DNA from: Pelagomonas calceolata
Lineage: Eukaryota
Length of the DNA stretch: 64,000 bases
NCBI GenBank assembly: GCA_918797485.1
Contig: CAKKNE010000004.1
Location: 4,340,001-4,404,000, forward strand
Reading direction: 5' to 3'
Each line of letters begins with the position of its first letter. The stretch's first letter is position 1. The notes beneath the pieces are model-generated. The model was not told the DNA's origin. It did no database searches and was given only the letters and a program-made list of their open reading frames with translations. Made by a program: the position numbers and the translations under genes. Positions 41,142-51,511 of this stretch are shown piece after piece.

Positions 41142-44100
41142 TTAAACAACCTTCCCGAGAAAGTGGTCCTCCCACCGCTTCGCCACGTGCTTCCAGAGGA
41201 ACCGCTCGCGCGCGTAGGCCTTCATGTCGCGCCGATGTCCGTCTAACGCGCCGTCGCGCGCCTTCCGCGCCGCGTCGACGATGGACGACGCGTACGCGTC
41301 GCGCCACGCGTCATCGACCGGGTCCGGCGGCCGCCAGTTCAGCAGCGTGACCGGCACCTGCGTCCCGGCGACTCTGGGAGATGCCGGACCGAGATCATAC
41401 ACGTCCGTGAGCTCGGGCACGACGGACTCCGCATATCGAGACGTGATGGGAATGGCGCCCATGGCCATGGCCTTCATCACGGACACGCAGCCCGTCTCCG
41501 GGTAGGTCGTCGGATACAAATAAAAGCCCGCCGACGCGTAGGCTTGGGCCAGCGTATCGTGGGGTACCATGCCCTCCAGAATCACACCATCCTGCTCCAG
41601 TAATCTCTCAACTTCGTTTCGCCACTCGTCGAACATGGGAACGTGCTGCTTGCCCCACTTGACGACGGCCTTCGAAAAGCCGTAGTAGACTTTTAACACA
41701 GCAGAGGGTATTGCTGCTTTGACGCGAGGCCAGACCAACAGCAAATCGTACAAGCCCCTATTGGGGGCCGAGCCGTACACAAACAAGTCCCATTTGTTCA
41801 TACCATCTCTCAGAAACGTCGGATCGATGCCGTTCGGCGTCTCGTAGGCCTTTGACTGGGCGTGAGAAGGCAGAGAGCGGGTGTGGAACTGCGACAGCGT
41901 GAAGATGCCGCTTAACCCATCACAAAACGTCGGCGTCCAGGAATTATAACCGGGCAGGTCCTGGAGCCACGCGTAGACCTTCACGTTCGAAGTTGGTGAT
42001 ACGACGGCCGTGGAGACGTGGTACCTCCACGCCACGAAGACGTCCGGCGGTTCTTCGTCCTGGTAGGTCGCGTGCCGCAGCCATCTGATACCATAAGAAT
42101 CCAAACCTAGATCGTCATCGGCACACTCGTTGTAGACCTCGACGGAATGACCTAACTTGACGAGCTCCCTCGCTACAAAAACCACAGCCTCCTCGGACCC
42201 ACCCAGACCGTTCGTCGCCAGTGACGAGGGCCCCCAGGCCGGCCACCAGGTCTGGCCGTACTCGTCGCAGAAAATGGCGATAACTAACTTGTTTCGTTGT
42301 CTCGCTGCGATGCGTGCATGGTACGCTTCTGTTCTCGCTCGCAGTTCATTTGCTGCAGTATGCTGTTGCTGCAGCGTGGCATGCCTCAGACGCACGGCGT
42401 GGAACCACTCTTCTAGAGCCTCACTACCTCTCCCTAGATCGTCCAGGGCCGCGCCGACGCCTAACCTTCTGTTGTCATTCTCCGGCTCGAGCGCCGATAA
42501 CGTAAACAACGCGTCGAGCTCAGACCGTTTCTCAACTTTACACGACGCTCGTATGGCCTCCTCCAAATTGCTTCTGATAGCATCGTCCGCAAAGCCGCGG
42601 CCCGCGACGCGATACCCAGTAAGATACGCCGCCGCCGCGTCGTGGGGTCTTTCCAATTGCCTTAAGACGTGCGCGTAGTTGAACCAGAAGTGCGACGTCC
42701 ACGGGGCCTCGCCGCAGGCCTTTCGCAAGTAAGGTACTGCCGCCTCATTATCTCCGTTCAAATGATATGACAACCCGCGGAACGCCAGCGCATTCGGATC
42801 CTGGGGGTAGGCGGCCACGAATCGGTGTGAAGTGCCCTCCCTAATACGTTCGAGGGACGGCCCGGGGTCGCTCTCGTTCTTGTAGTCTATGTTTACAGCA
42901 TAGTCGGCGTCGTCTAGGCATGGCGTCTCTTCATTCCCCCCCAAGGCATGAGCAGCCTGGCGCCGCCAGCAGTCTCGTCGACGATCACTCTGGCGCTTTT
43001 GGCGCGGGTCCGAGACGACGTGGAACCCATAAGCTCCGGCGAGCGTCACTTCGTAAACAGCCTGGAGCGCCCGTTCCACGTTGCTCACGCTATTGCCCGC
43101 GTCGAAGAGCGGCTCCCTCGCAGTCGCTGCGAATGTTACCTCTCTAAGTTTATGACGAGGCACGGTTACAGCAACATCTTCAAAGTCCCTTAACGTATCC
43201 ATCAGCACGTACTTGTCCATACCCAAGGAGCGTACGAGCGACGCCCCGACTCGAGAGGAAAACCGACCCGCCTGATCTTTCAATGAACCGCCCCATCCAC
43301 TAATAGTGAGCAGAGGCACGGCCGCCCACAGCGCGTCGGCCCCCGTCGTGTGCGCCCCGTACAGCAGGTGGTCCAGGAATAGGTCGCACTGCGACGCGAT
43401 CCTCTGGGCGTGCTGCTTCCTCGGTAGTCGCTCGAACCACTTTATTCTGTGAGGATGAATACCCCGCACTTCGGCCTCCTCGGACAGGTGTCGCACGACG
43501 TGCGCGCCGAGCGGGTCCCGCATGCGATACAGAGCTAGCGTGCTTCCTGGTGTTTTTCGTAGGATATTCATCCACAATCCCCAGGAGACCGGTTCATATT
43601 TATCGACCTGGTTGATGTTGCAGTACCTTATATATTTTTGAGGTACTAAATCTTGTTCGAGAATAGCTGGAGATGATGGAGCGTAGTCGTTCGCCTGGTA
43701 GGAGAAAGGGAGATAGATCAGCGGCTCTTCGATACCTTTTGCATGTTCCGGCGGCAGCACGACACGATCTGCCAAGGTGTAGTCCCAGTGCACGCCGCCC
43801 GCGACGCCGGGGTATCCTAAATAGGAGACCATCAAACTTGAACCGGACGGTGCGACACTTTCAGACGCTAACTCAAGTCGAGCGCCCCTCGTGTGCGTCA
43901 TCAGGTCCACGATAACGTCGAGGTCAGCGTGTTGCATCAACGCGTGAGCTTTTGTAGCGTCCACGTCAAACAGCTCGACGAACTCTCCCCTTTTCGCTCG
44001 TGCCCGATTATTCGACGCGTCGTCTTCACCATATGATAAAGCGACGGCTTGGACATAAACGGGATCCGACACGAGTCGCCTCGTGAGGTAGCCCATGGGG

Positions 44101-45212
44101 TGCTCCCTAAAATCAAACGAGAGGTAGCCCACCCTTAATTGAGTTCTCCTTTTGAGTTGTGGTGGCCCGGCCTTGCGTTTACCGAAGCTCTGTAACGTCC
44201 GAGCCGCTGCGACCCTTCGTCCTAGCACCAGATCGACGTACTGTAAGAGCGACGCGTCGTAGGGCATCAACGGTAATTGGACGTCTCGCCGATGGATCGA
44301 CGCGTTCCGAGCCAACCGCTCATCTAGTAAATCGCAGGCCTTCCGCGCGGCGTCCACCAACAACCGTTGCGTGTCCTCGTACATCCACCAGTTGCATAGA
44401 GTACGCCTTGCAATCAACAGATTTGCGAGAGAAGTGAAGTCCTCGGGGAACAGCTCCACGGCCCGCTGAAAGACCTCCTCCGCCATACCGTGGCGGTTCG
44501 CGTCGCGATACGTTTGGCCTAAATTATTCAAGGCGTTCAATCTCACAGATTCGGCTATACTATCGTCATCTACCAAAGTCCACTGGATCTTGGCGGCCTC
44601 ATCACTTGCACCCGCTTCAAAGTACGTGTTCGCGAGGTTGAGTCGCGCGTTGCCATGGGTCGGATCTAGCTCGAGAACGGCCCGATATTGCGCCCTCGCC
44701 TCCGGGATGCGGTTCAAATCTTGTAATAAAGTAGCGAGGTTAAACCTAGCGTCCATGAAGGTCGGGTCCGCTTGAACAGCTTTCTCCAGATGCTCGGCCG
44801 CTTCCGCGAGTCCTTGGAGGTCTTTGCCCGCGCGTCGCTGCAACAGATTACCCAAATTCGACTCGGCCTGGGCCGTGATGCGCGGGAAATCAGCGTACTG
44901 AATAGCTTTTTGATACAAGTCGATGGCATGGCTCAGCTCCATCTTACCGTCTCCACTGAGGTCACCGTAGAAGTTGCCCAGATTAATCAGAGCTTCGGGC
45001 ATCTCCGGGAAGATGGTAAGAGCCTCCTCGAGCATCTGCACGGCCGGCGCCATGTCATTTATGGAAGCGGCGTGGACGGCTCGGTTGTAGAGATCGTAGG
45101 CCGGGAGCTGACGGGCCGTGGCGCCTCTTTCAAATCCTTCTGCTGTTGTTACTATCGAAACAATCTCCTCCTCGGCATGTATGACGCAGAGCAGCGCGAG
45201 GAGGCGCCGCAT
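41142..45212 (-). CDS. Signal-peptide TPR + GT41 (OGT/SPINDLY-like) glycosyltransferase fused to a second GT-B (GT4-like) domain
   Basis: LRVGYLSFDFREHP, SYLGYPG, DLFLD..YGAHTTGADALWAAVP, SRVGAS; C-terminal GLGGSEEAV..ETGCVSVMKAMAMGAIPITS. Confidence 0.85.
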   Translation of the reverse strand: MRRLLALLCVIHAEEEIVSIVTTAEGFERGATARQLPAYDLYNRAVHAASINDMAPAVQMLEEALTIFPEMPEALINLGNFYGDLSGDGKMELSHAIDLYQKAIQYADFPRITAQAESNLGNLLQRRAGKDLQGLAEAAEHLEKAVQADPTFMDARFNLATLLQDLNRIPEARAQYRAVLELDPTHGNARLNLANTYFEAGASDEAAKIQWTLVDDDSIAESVRLNALNNLGQTYRDANRHGMAEEVFQRAVELFPEDFTSLANLLIARRTLCNWWMYEDTQRLLVDAARKACDLLDERLARNASIHRRDVQLPLMPYDASLLQYVDLVLGRRVAAARTLQSFGKRKAGPPQLKRRTQLRVGYLSFDFREHPMGYLTRRLVSDPVYVQAVALSYGEDDASNNRARAKRGEFVELFDVDATKAHALMQHADLDVIVDLMTHTRGARLELASESVAPSGSSLMVSYLGYPGVAGGVHWDYTLADRVVLPPEHAKGIEEPLIYLPFSYQANDYAPSSPAILEQDLVPQKYIRYCNINQVDKYEPVSWGLWMNILRKTPGSTLALYRMRDPLGAHVVRHLSEEAEVRGIHPHRIKWFERLPRKQHAQRIASQCDLFLDHLLYGAHTTGADALWAAVPLLTISGWGGSLKDQAGRFSSRVGASLVRSLGMDKYVLMDTLRDFEDVAVTVPRHKLREVTFAATAREPLFDAGNSVSNVERALQAVYEVTLAGAYGFHVVSDPRQKRQSDRRRDCWRRQAAHALGGNEETPCLDDADYAVNIDYKNESDPGPSLERIREGTSHRFVAAYPQDPNALAFRGLSYHLNGDNEAAVPYLRKACGEAPWTSHFWFNYAHVLRQLERPHDAAAAYLTGYRVAGRGFADDAIRSNLEEAIRASCKVEKRSELDALFTLSALEPENDNRRLGVGAALDDLGRGSEALEEWFHAVRLRHATLQQQHTAANELRARTEAYHARIAARQRNKLVIAIFCDEYGQTWWPAWGPSSLATNGLGGSEEAVVFVARELVKLGHSVEVYNECADDDLGLDSYGIRWLRHATYQDEEPPDVFVAWRYHVSTAVVSPTSNVKVYAWLQDLPGYNSWTPTFCDGLSGIFTLSQFHTRSLPSHAQSKAYETPNGIDPTFLRDGMNKWDLFVYGSAPNRGLYDLLLVWPRVKAAIPSAVLKVYYGFSKAVVKWGKQHVPMFDEWRNEVERLLEQDGVILEGMVPHDTLAQAYASAGFYLYPTTYPETGCVSVMKAMAMGAIPITSRYAESVVPELTDVYDLGPASPRVAGTQVPVTLLNWRPPDPVDDAWRDAYASSIVDAARKARDGALDGHRRDMKAYARERFLWKHVAKRWEDHFLGKVV

Positions 45213-45424
45213 GGCTGCCCGATTGCTAGGCGAGGCTGCCCAAGTGTTGTGTACGCATCGTTTCCGGGGCAGCCATGGCGTCCAGGAGCTGACAGCGACT
45301 GCGGCGCGGCGCCGGCTGCAGCGATGCGACCACTAGCGCGTGGCAAAAGCCCTCGACGCCGGCCGACGCCGCGAGGCACCCGCACGATGCCGACGCTTAC
45401 GCCTAGAGGAATGCCAACTTAGCC

Positions 45425-46165
45425 CTAGAACCCGACGATGTCCTTCGCGTACTCGCCGCCCCGCCGGTACTTCCCGCCACTGAAATCGGGGTCGTTGCCG
45501 TACGCGTCCGAGCCGCGCCAGTTGTCGCCCCGCTCGTCGCCGCGCTCGGCCGACCACTCTCGACGTTTCCGGCGCCACTGGAACTTTTTGAGGGACGATT
45601 TCGAGATGGACTCGGGGCTTCCTTGAGACCTGCCGACGCGCCGCGCCCCAGGACTATCTTTGTTCGACCGCTGCCAGCTCCCGCCGTCATCACTCCAGTA
45701 CTCCGCGTCGTCGTTATTCCCTGAAGCTCTTCTACCAGAGCCCTTCACATGTTTAGTTTTGGTAGGTGTCTCGTAGTGTGGTATTATATCATCCTTCTTC
45801 GGCCGATCATGAGGCCCGGGATACCTCATTTTTAGATCTCCACCGGTACAAGCCCTCGCGTTCCTATATACTTTGCCATCTTCCTGGACCTCCTTCTCTA
45901 TCATCGTTTCCTCCATGGACTTGGGCAGCACGCCCGTGGCCGTCCGCCGCTGCAGTCTTAATTCCTCGAGCGTTTTGGTCGAGGGGTTGTACTGGGGGTT
46001 TTTCATCGTCACTTTTGTTTGACGGGCCTCGTGCGTCTTCGTGTAGCCCAGGGCCCGGAGTTCGTTCTCGATGTGCGCGATCTCCTGGGCTGGTGTCAGG
46101 GTCTTGGCCATCTCGCGCGCGGTATCAAAAGACATGCGCGCGGAGCGGCCGTGGGAGACGTCCAT
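45425..46165 (-). CDS. Hypothetical protein
   Basis: 246-aa ATG ORF with coding-like codon usage. Confidence 0.6.
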   Translation of the reverse strand: MDVSHGRSARMSFDTAREMAKTLTPAQEIAHIENELRALGYTKTHEARQTKVTMKNPQYNPSTKTLEELRLQRRTATGVLPKSMEETMIEKEVQEDGKVYRNARACTGGDLKMRYPGPHDRPKKDDIIPHYETPTKTKHVKGSGRRASGNNDDAEYWSDDGGSWQRSNKDSPGARRVGRSQGSPESISKSSLKKFQWRRKRREWSAERGDERGDNWRGSDAYGNDPDFSGGKYRRGGEYAKDIVGF

Positions 46166-46616
46166 GGTCGTGTTGTGGGCGTGGCTGCCCTCTTGCGTTG
46201 TCTGCGCTGCGGTACAGCCCTACAAGCTCGACAAGCTCGTATGCCTTTTGAGAGTGCGCTGCAAATGCCTCGGCAGAGGGGTGGGAGGGGTGCCGCTGAC
46301 CTGTCTCCAGCCGTCCGGCGGGGTGGCAGGGGTGCGCTGAGGCGTCGACTGGTCCTGCGGTCCCCACAAAACCCGTACCCCCTGGAGTCATGCGGCATGT
46401 GCTGCTTGGCTCCACGCGCGCTGCTTAGCCGATATCCGCACGCGTGGCGATCGATCTTCATCTCAGACATTGCGCAGTCCAGCTCTCGTGGCTCGCCGCA
46501 AGCGTTGTAGGCTCCGCAGACTCGGAGAGCCTCATAGCCTCAGAGAGCCTACAGCCCTCCGCCATCCGCTGTCGCATCGCGCAAGCAGCGCGTGAGCAGC
46601 GCGTAAGCAGTGACCG

Positions 46617-47171
46617 ATGGGCAAGAAGTCCAAAAAGCCGAGCAAGCAGGCGCCCAAGCCCAAGGCAGCCGCGGCGGCCGGCCCGACGGCCGTGCCCATA
46701 GAAAGCGCGCAGATCTACAGCGCGCACAAGACCATCGCCGTCTACCAGGGCACGGAAGACGGCGTGGCCACGTTCGGCGTGGCGACGTATTTGCGCTACG
46801 CCAAGGCCGACGCCAGCAAAGCCGAGGAGCCGCGGCACGACCTGTCCCTGCCGCTCGCGGAGGCCGACGCGCACACGGCCCTGCTGAGCGAGAGCGCGGA
46901 GGGGGCCATTTCCTCCGTCGTCGCCTCGCTTACAATAGGCGACCGCGTCGAGCTCGAGTGGCTGCAGATGCGGCTCCCCGGCGCGGCCTTCGACTCGGAA
47001 CCGGTACGAGTCTGCCCGAAGCTCGCGCGTGTCACGGAGGCCGAGGAGAAGGCGCTCATCGAGCAGTGGTGCCAGAAGGTGCCGGCGCCGGGGCTGGTTT
47101 CCGGCGTGCCGCGGCCGGCACCGATCTGCGCACCGTGCAAGCCCGCCAAGCCGCCGCCGGCGCCCCGGTAG
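46617..47171 (+). CDS. Hypothetical protein
   Basis: 184-aa ATG ORF with strong GC3 bias. Confidence 0.65.
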   Translation: MGKKSKKPSKQAPKPKAAAAAGPTAVPIESAQIYSAHKTIAVYQGTEDGVATFGVATYLRYAKADASKAEEPRHDLSLPLAEADAHTALLSESAEGAISSVVASLTIGDRVELEWLQMRLPGAAFDSEPVRVCPKLARVTEAEEKALIEQWCQKVPAPGLVSGVPRPAPICAPCKPAKPPPAPR

Positions 47172-47270
47172 GTGCTGCGTAACGCGCCCCTACGTTGTAA
47201 TGTTCGAGTCTATCGTCTCGACGAAGAATACTGCGCACCCGCCCTTACGCGCCTAGACTAAACACGCTCC

Positions 47271-47861
47271 TCAGTGGAAGCCGCCGAGGCCCGGCACGGC
47301 GCCGGGCATGAAGTGGTTGACGAAGAGGCCCGCGAAGCCGATCATCGCGACGCGCGCGTTCTTCAGCTCGCGGAGCTGCATCTTCTCCTGGCCCGCCGCG
47401 TCCGTGGGGTAGAGGCCGAGGGGGTCGAAGAAGGGCTTGGACGGGTCCGTCATCGGGCCCTCGCCCTTGGCCCAGTTGTATTTGTTCGCCTCGATCGCGC
47501 CGCAGAAGACGATGAACTGCGCCCACGCGACCGTCGGCACCTGCATGATGGCGTCGATGGGGTCCGTCGTCGTCACCGGGCCGCCCTTCCAGAGGCCGAA
47601 GACCTGGGGCCAGAGCCACCCCACCCAGCCGAGCATGGCCGCGCGGCCGTTCGCGAGCTCGCAGGCGCGCATCTCGCCGGCGTCGCGCCACTGCGAGAGC
47701 TCGAGCGGGTCCCAGACCTGGTCGCCGCACTCGATCGACGTGCCGATCATGCCGTCGAGCTGCGCGTCGGCCGCCTTCAGCGCCGTCCGCCGCGCGCCCG
47801 GCGCGACGGGCGCGACGAGCGCCGAGGCGCCGACGGCGAGCAGAGCTAATCTGCGCACCAT
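47271..47861 (-). CDS. Light-harvesting fucoxanthin-chlorophyll a/c binding protein
   Basis: WDPL, ELANGRAAML, FDPLGL, ELKNARVAMIG; bipartite presequence (GASALVAP). Confidence 0.95.
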   Translation of the reverse strand: MVRRLALLAVGASALVAPVAPGARRTALKAADAQLDGMIGTSIECGDQVWDPLELSQWRDAGEMRACELANGRAAMLGWVGWLWPQVFGLWKGGPVTTTDPIDAIMQVPTVAWAQFIVFCGAIEANKYNWAKGEGPMTDPSKPFFDPLGLYPTDAAGQEKMQLRELKNARVAMIGFAGLFVNHFMPGAVPGLGGFH

Positions 47862-48530
47862 CTTACAACCTGCGCGGGAGGTGCGTTTGCGCGGTGCTAT
47901 TAGCGTCCCGTCTCGTCTCGTAGTCCTCTCGTCGCGAAACAGCCAGCGTGCAGCGCTAGCCGAGAGCAGAGCGCCGCCCGTCCGAGTCGGCAGAGCGCGT
48001 CCGCGCGTGGAGCCGAGCCCACGCGTCGCTGCCTAGCAGCTGGGCTGCTGAGCTCACGTCCACATGGCTCGCTCCAGGCGCGCGCTCGGAGGCCCGCGCG
48101 GCACGGCCGCGCGGCGCTCCGGCCAGCTGCTGCAGACTCTCGCCTTGTGCGGCGCCGGAACGCAATCTCTTCCGTTAGAATTTTGCGTGCGACTGCTGTA
48201 TGGTCAGATGAAGTGCTGGCGAAGGTAGACTTGCACAGGGAGGGACGGTGGACGTCGTACACAGCCCAATTGTAATTGCAAGATCGAGGCCCGGGTTTTT
48301 TTCGTAGGCGCGGACGCGTACAGATTAACCTGTGCAGCCTCTCTGTGCGTCCTAGTTTTGCGGACAAGGGCAAAGAGCCACGGGTGAGGCGCAAAAATTG
48401 AAAATGCGCCGCGCTGTGAGGCTCAGGAGGGACAGCACTCGCAACGCCTCTCCGAACGTGCCCACAAAGTCAAAAACCCGCCCCCCTAGAGGCCATCGCC
48501 GCGCAGGACAAAAAGAACCTAGCACGAAAC

Positions 48531-49946
48531 TTAGCTCACGGCGCACCCCGAGTCCCCGCCGCTCGCTGCCTCCTCCACCTTTCCCTTCTTCGCCTGCCCA
48601 CCACCCTTCCCTTTGCCCTTGCGCTTGCCCGCGTAGCGTTTGGATTTTTTCTTCTCCCGCGCGCGCGGCTCCGGCACCGTCGACAGATCGACGCCCGACC
48701 GTTTCTTCAACAAAACACCAGCCTCGCAGTGTCGCGTGTAGGGGAACTGGTCGAAGACCGCCGCATGCGTTATATCATGAGTATGGCTCAACTGCTCGAC
48801 ATCGTCCGCCAAAGTCTCGGGATTACATGACACGTAGACGACCGTGTCGAAACTACGGGCCAACCCAATGGCCGCCGGCTCCAGGCCCGCGCGCGGGGGA
48901 TCGACGAACAGCGTCTCGAGTTTTAATGAAGACAAATCAACCGCAGCTTCCGTGAGGCGCTTGAACGGCCTCGCATCGGGCTGGAGCGCGTCCGCGGTCT
49001 CCTTGGCATTTAACCGCGCGAACTGGACATTTTTTACTTGATTAGCAGTGAGGTTCTCCCTGGCGCACTCCGTGTTCGCCTTGCTCACTTCCGTCGCGAG
49101 GACTTTGCGAAAATTTCTCGACATAGGTATGGTGAAGTTGCCGTTGCCACAATACAACTCGAGGAGGTCGTTCTTGGAGCTTTGCGTGCGCTCGACCTGC
49201 GCGTCGACGGCGTTATGTGGCGATGACGCACGGACGCCGCCTCGCGCCGCCCACGTGACCATTTTTTCACAAACCCTTCCGTTCGGCTGCGAGAACTCGC
49301 CCTCGAGCTGGTACAAGTTCACATCCTTCCCGGCTATACGTAATTTCTCTCGTACCCGAGGCGCGTCGCCGTTCAGCGTAATCCGGAACTTGCTCGACCT
49401 TCCGACCAACACTACTTTCAATTCTTTAGCTAATTTCTCGGCCTTCGTCTTCCAATTCTTATCGTTATCAATGGGTCTGTTGTACACTAGTACCACAACA
49501 GAAGACCCTCGCAGCGTCGTGTGGAACCGCACCTCGTGACATTTATCTCGCAACACGTCATCCCCGCGCAGAGCATCTAACACTAAAGGCATCAGCCGCT
49601 GCGTCTCCGCACAGCCCCTCGGAAAGTCGACGACCCGCAACGGCGTCCGCTTCTCATTATCTCCATCATACATGACATAATGTAATTTCTCGCCCTCGGC
49701 CTCGTGCCAGACCTGAAAGTTGCACCTCAATCGAAACGCCGTCTTCGGCGAGGCGTGGACCTCCCAGGCCGCATCTTTTGCTTGCGGTATCAATGCTTTG
49801 ACGGCGTCGACCTTTTGTTGGAGCTGCGAGTCGTATTCCTCAGTATGGCAGCGCGTCAGTTTTAATGCATTCGCATCAGTCATGGCTTGGCTCTTGATGG
49901 ACGACGGCTGGCTGCTTTTCGAAGGGGTCTTCTTGCGCTTGCCCAT
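48531..49946 (-). CDS. trmA: tRNA (uracil-5-)-methyltransferase, TrmA type; probable in-frame intron 49197..49235 or 49197..49247
   Basis: FSQPN, DLLELYCGNGNF, FVDPPRAGL, YVSCNPETL, FDQFPYTRHCEAG. Confidence 0.92.
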   Translation of the reverse strand: MGKRKKTPSKSSQPSSIKSQAMTDANALKLTRCHTEEYDSQLQQKVDAVKALIPQAKDAAWEVHASPKTAFRLRCNFQVWHEAEGEKLHYVMYDGDNEKRTPLRVVDFPRGCAETQRLMPLVLDALRGDDVLRDKCHEVRFHTTLRGSSVVVLVYNRPIDNDKNWKTKAEKLAKELKVVLVGRSSKFRITLNGDAPRVREKLRIAGKDVNLYQLEGEFSQPNGRVCEKMVTWAARGGVRASSPHNAVDAQVERTQSSKNDLLELYCGNGNFTIPMSRNFRKVLATEVSKANTECARENLTANQVKNVQFARLNAKETADALQPDARPFKRLTEAAVDLSSLKLETLFVDPPRAGLEPAAIGLARSFDTVVYVSCNPETLADDVEQLSHTHDITHAAVFDQFPYTRHCEAGVLLKKRSGVDLSTVPEPRAREKKKSKRYAGKRKGKGKGGGQAKKGKVEEAASGGDSGCAVS

Positions 49947-50364
49947 CTTTCTTGTGCGTCGCGCTTCTTGCTGCTGTGCTCTGCTGCTCTCTTGCAATTT
50001 GTGGCGTTGTGGCGCAGGCAGCGATTGCAAATTTGATCGCTACGTTGCAGCACTATATCGGTGGCTTCACTGCGCTGACGTTGTGTCCTTGCGTTCTGCG
50101 GTGCTATTGGCCTCGCCGTGCAGTCTAGTCTGCAGCCTTGTGCCGCTCGGCGGGAGCGTTCTTCAGGCGTCTACAACGCGCAAAGAGGCTGCTTTGGAAG
50201 AATCAAGAGGACCGATCGAGATCTGGTGTTTGCTAGTGACTTACAGGCCCGCTAGCTCGGCCAGCATCGAGCTGATCGAGCTTAATCGAGCAGCCGCGTG
50301 GCTGAGCGAACGGGACAGACGCTGACGCCATCGCCGCGACGCCTCGTCGTCGGCCCAGCGAGCA

Positions 50365-51426
50365 ATGCTGCGGTTCGCCCGCACAAGCTTGAGTGCCTGC
50401 CGGAGAGCATGCTCTCCCGGGCGGACGTCAGCTACAGCCGCAGCAATCACACTCACAACTCTGCCGATCATGCCAAGCTTACTGTCACTGCTACCGCAAC
50501 GCCTCGAACGAGCGATCTTGAGCACGATCAAAGCTCACTCGCTGGGGCGAAGAGCCTACAACGCGCTGTGCTGGCATCCGCACAGTTTCGGCCGCCGGCA
50601 AGCTCTCAGGCCGTGGTTGCGATCGCTCGTCACGACGTCGTGCGTGCACGTGGCTGCCGACGGCCGCGCGACGGCGACGCCACGGGACGCGCTGCCGCCG
50701 AGACGTGGCGTGCGCATCGTGGCGATCAGCGACACGCATAACTTGCACGGCGACCTGCGACAAGTGCCGGACGGCGACGTATTAATACACTGCGGCGACG
50801 GCCTGCGCCGCGGCGGCGACGAGGACGCCGTCCGGGCGCTGGGGCGCTGGCTCGCGTCGCAGCCCCACGCCGTCAAGGTCGTGACGGGCGGCAACCACGA
50901 CGCGACGCTGGAACGGCTGTCGCGCGAACGCGTCGCCGAGCTGCTCGGCACTGGTGTGCATTTTGCGGTGAACGAGGGCGTCAAGGTTGAAGGCATACGC
51001 ATCTTCGTGTCGCCCTACTCGAACGCCAACAGCGCGCGGTCGCCAAATAGGGCGTTCCAGGGCGACGACGTGCTCGAGGAACTCCGTGCGACGCTGCCGG
51101 CCTTCGCAAAGGACGGGCTCGACGTCTTCGTGAGCCACGGCCCGCCGGCCGGCATACTGGACAAAGGTGCCGGCTCGGACGCTTTGGCGGAGCTCGTCCG
51201 CGACACAAAACCGCGCTACCACATCTTCGGCCACCAGCACAACTGCTTCGGGACGATCGTAAAGGGGCGCACGTGCTTCGTCAACGCGTCGTCGACCGAC
51301 GGGCTCTTTGCGCTGTGCAAGCCGCCGCTCGTCGTCGACGTCGTCGCGGACGCGGCGGCGATGGCGCCGAGCGAGAGCTTCTTCGACGTCGATTATATGC
51401 GTGGGCGGCTCGCGCTTGTGAGTTAA
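50365..51426 (+). CDS. Calcineurin-like metallophosphoesterase (MPPED-like)
   Basis: ISDTH, IHCGD, GNHD, SHGPP, FGHQH motifs; start uncertain (50365 or a later ATG). Confidence 0.88.
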   Translation: MLRFARTSLSACRRACSPGRTSATAAAITLTTLPIMPSLLSLLPQRLERAILSTIKAHSLGRRAYNALCWHPHSFGRRQALRPWLRSLVTTSCVHVAADGRATATPRDALPPRRGVRIVAISDTHNLHGDLRQVPDGDVLIHCGDGLRRGGDEDAVRALGRWLASQPHAVKVVTGGNHDATLERLSRERVAELLGTGVHFAVNEGVKVEGIRIFVSPYSNANSARSPNRAFQGDDVLEELRATLPAFAKDGLDVFVSHGPPAGILDKGAGSDALAELVRDTKPRYHIFGHQHNCFGTIVKGRTCFVNASSTDGLFALCKPPLVVDVVADAAAMAPSESFFDVDYMRGRLALVS

Positions 51427-51511
51427 GTTGTTTTCTTGTTATCTGTAGAGTTGGCCAGCACAAAAGCGGCACAGATGGGGGGGGAAACCAGGCAGCGATG
51501 TTATTGAGGGC

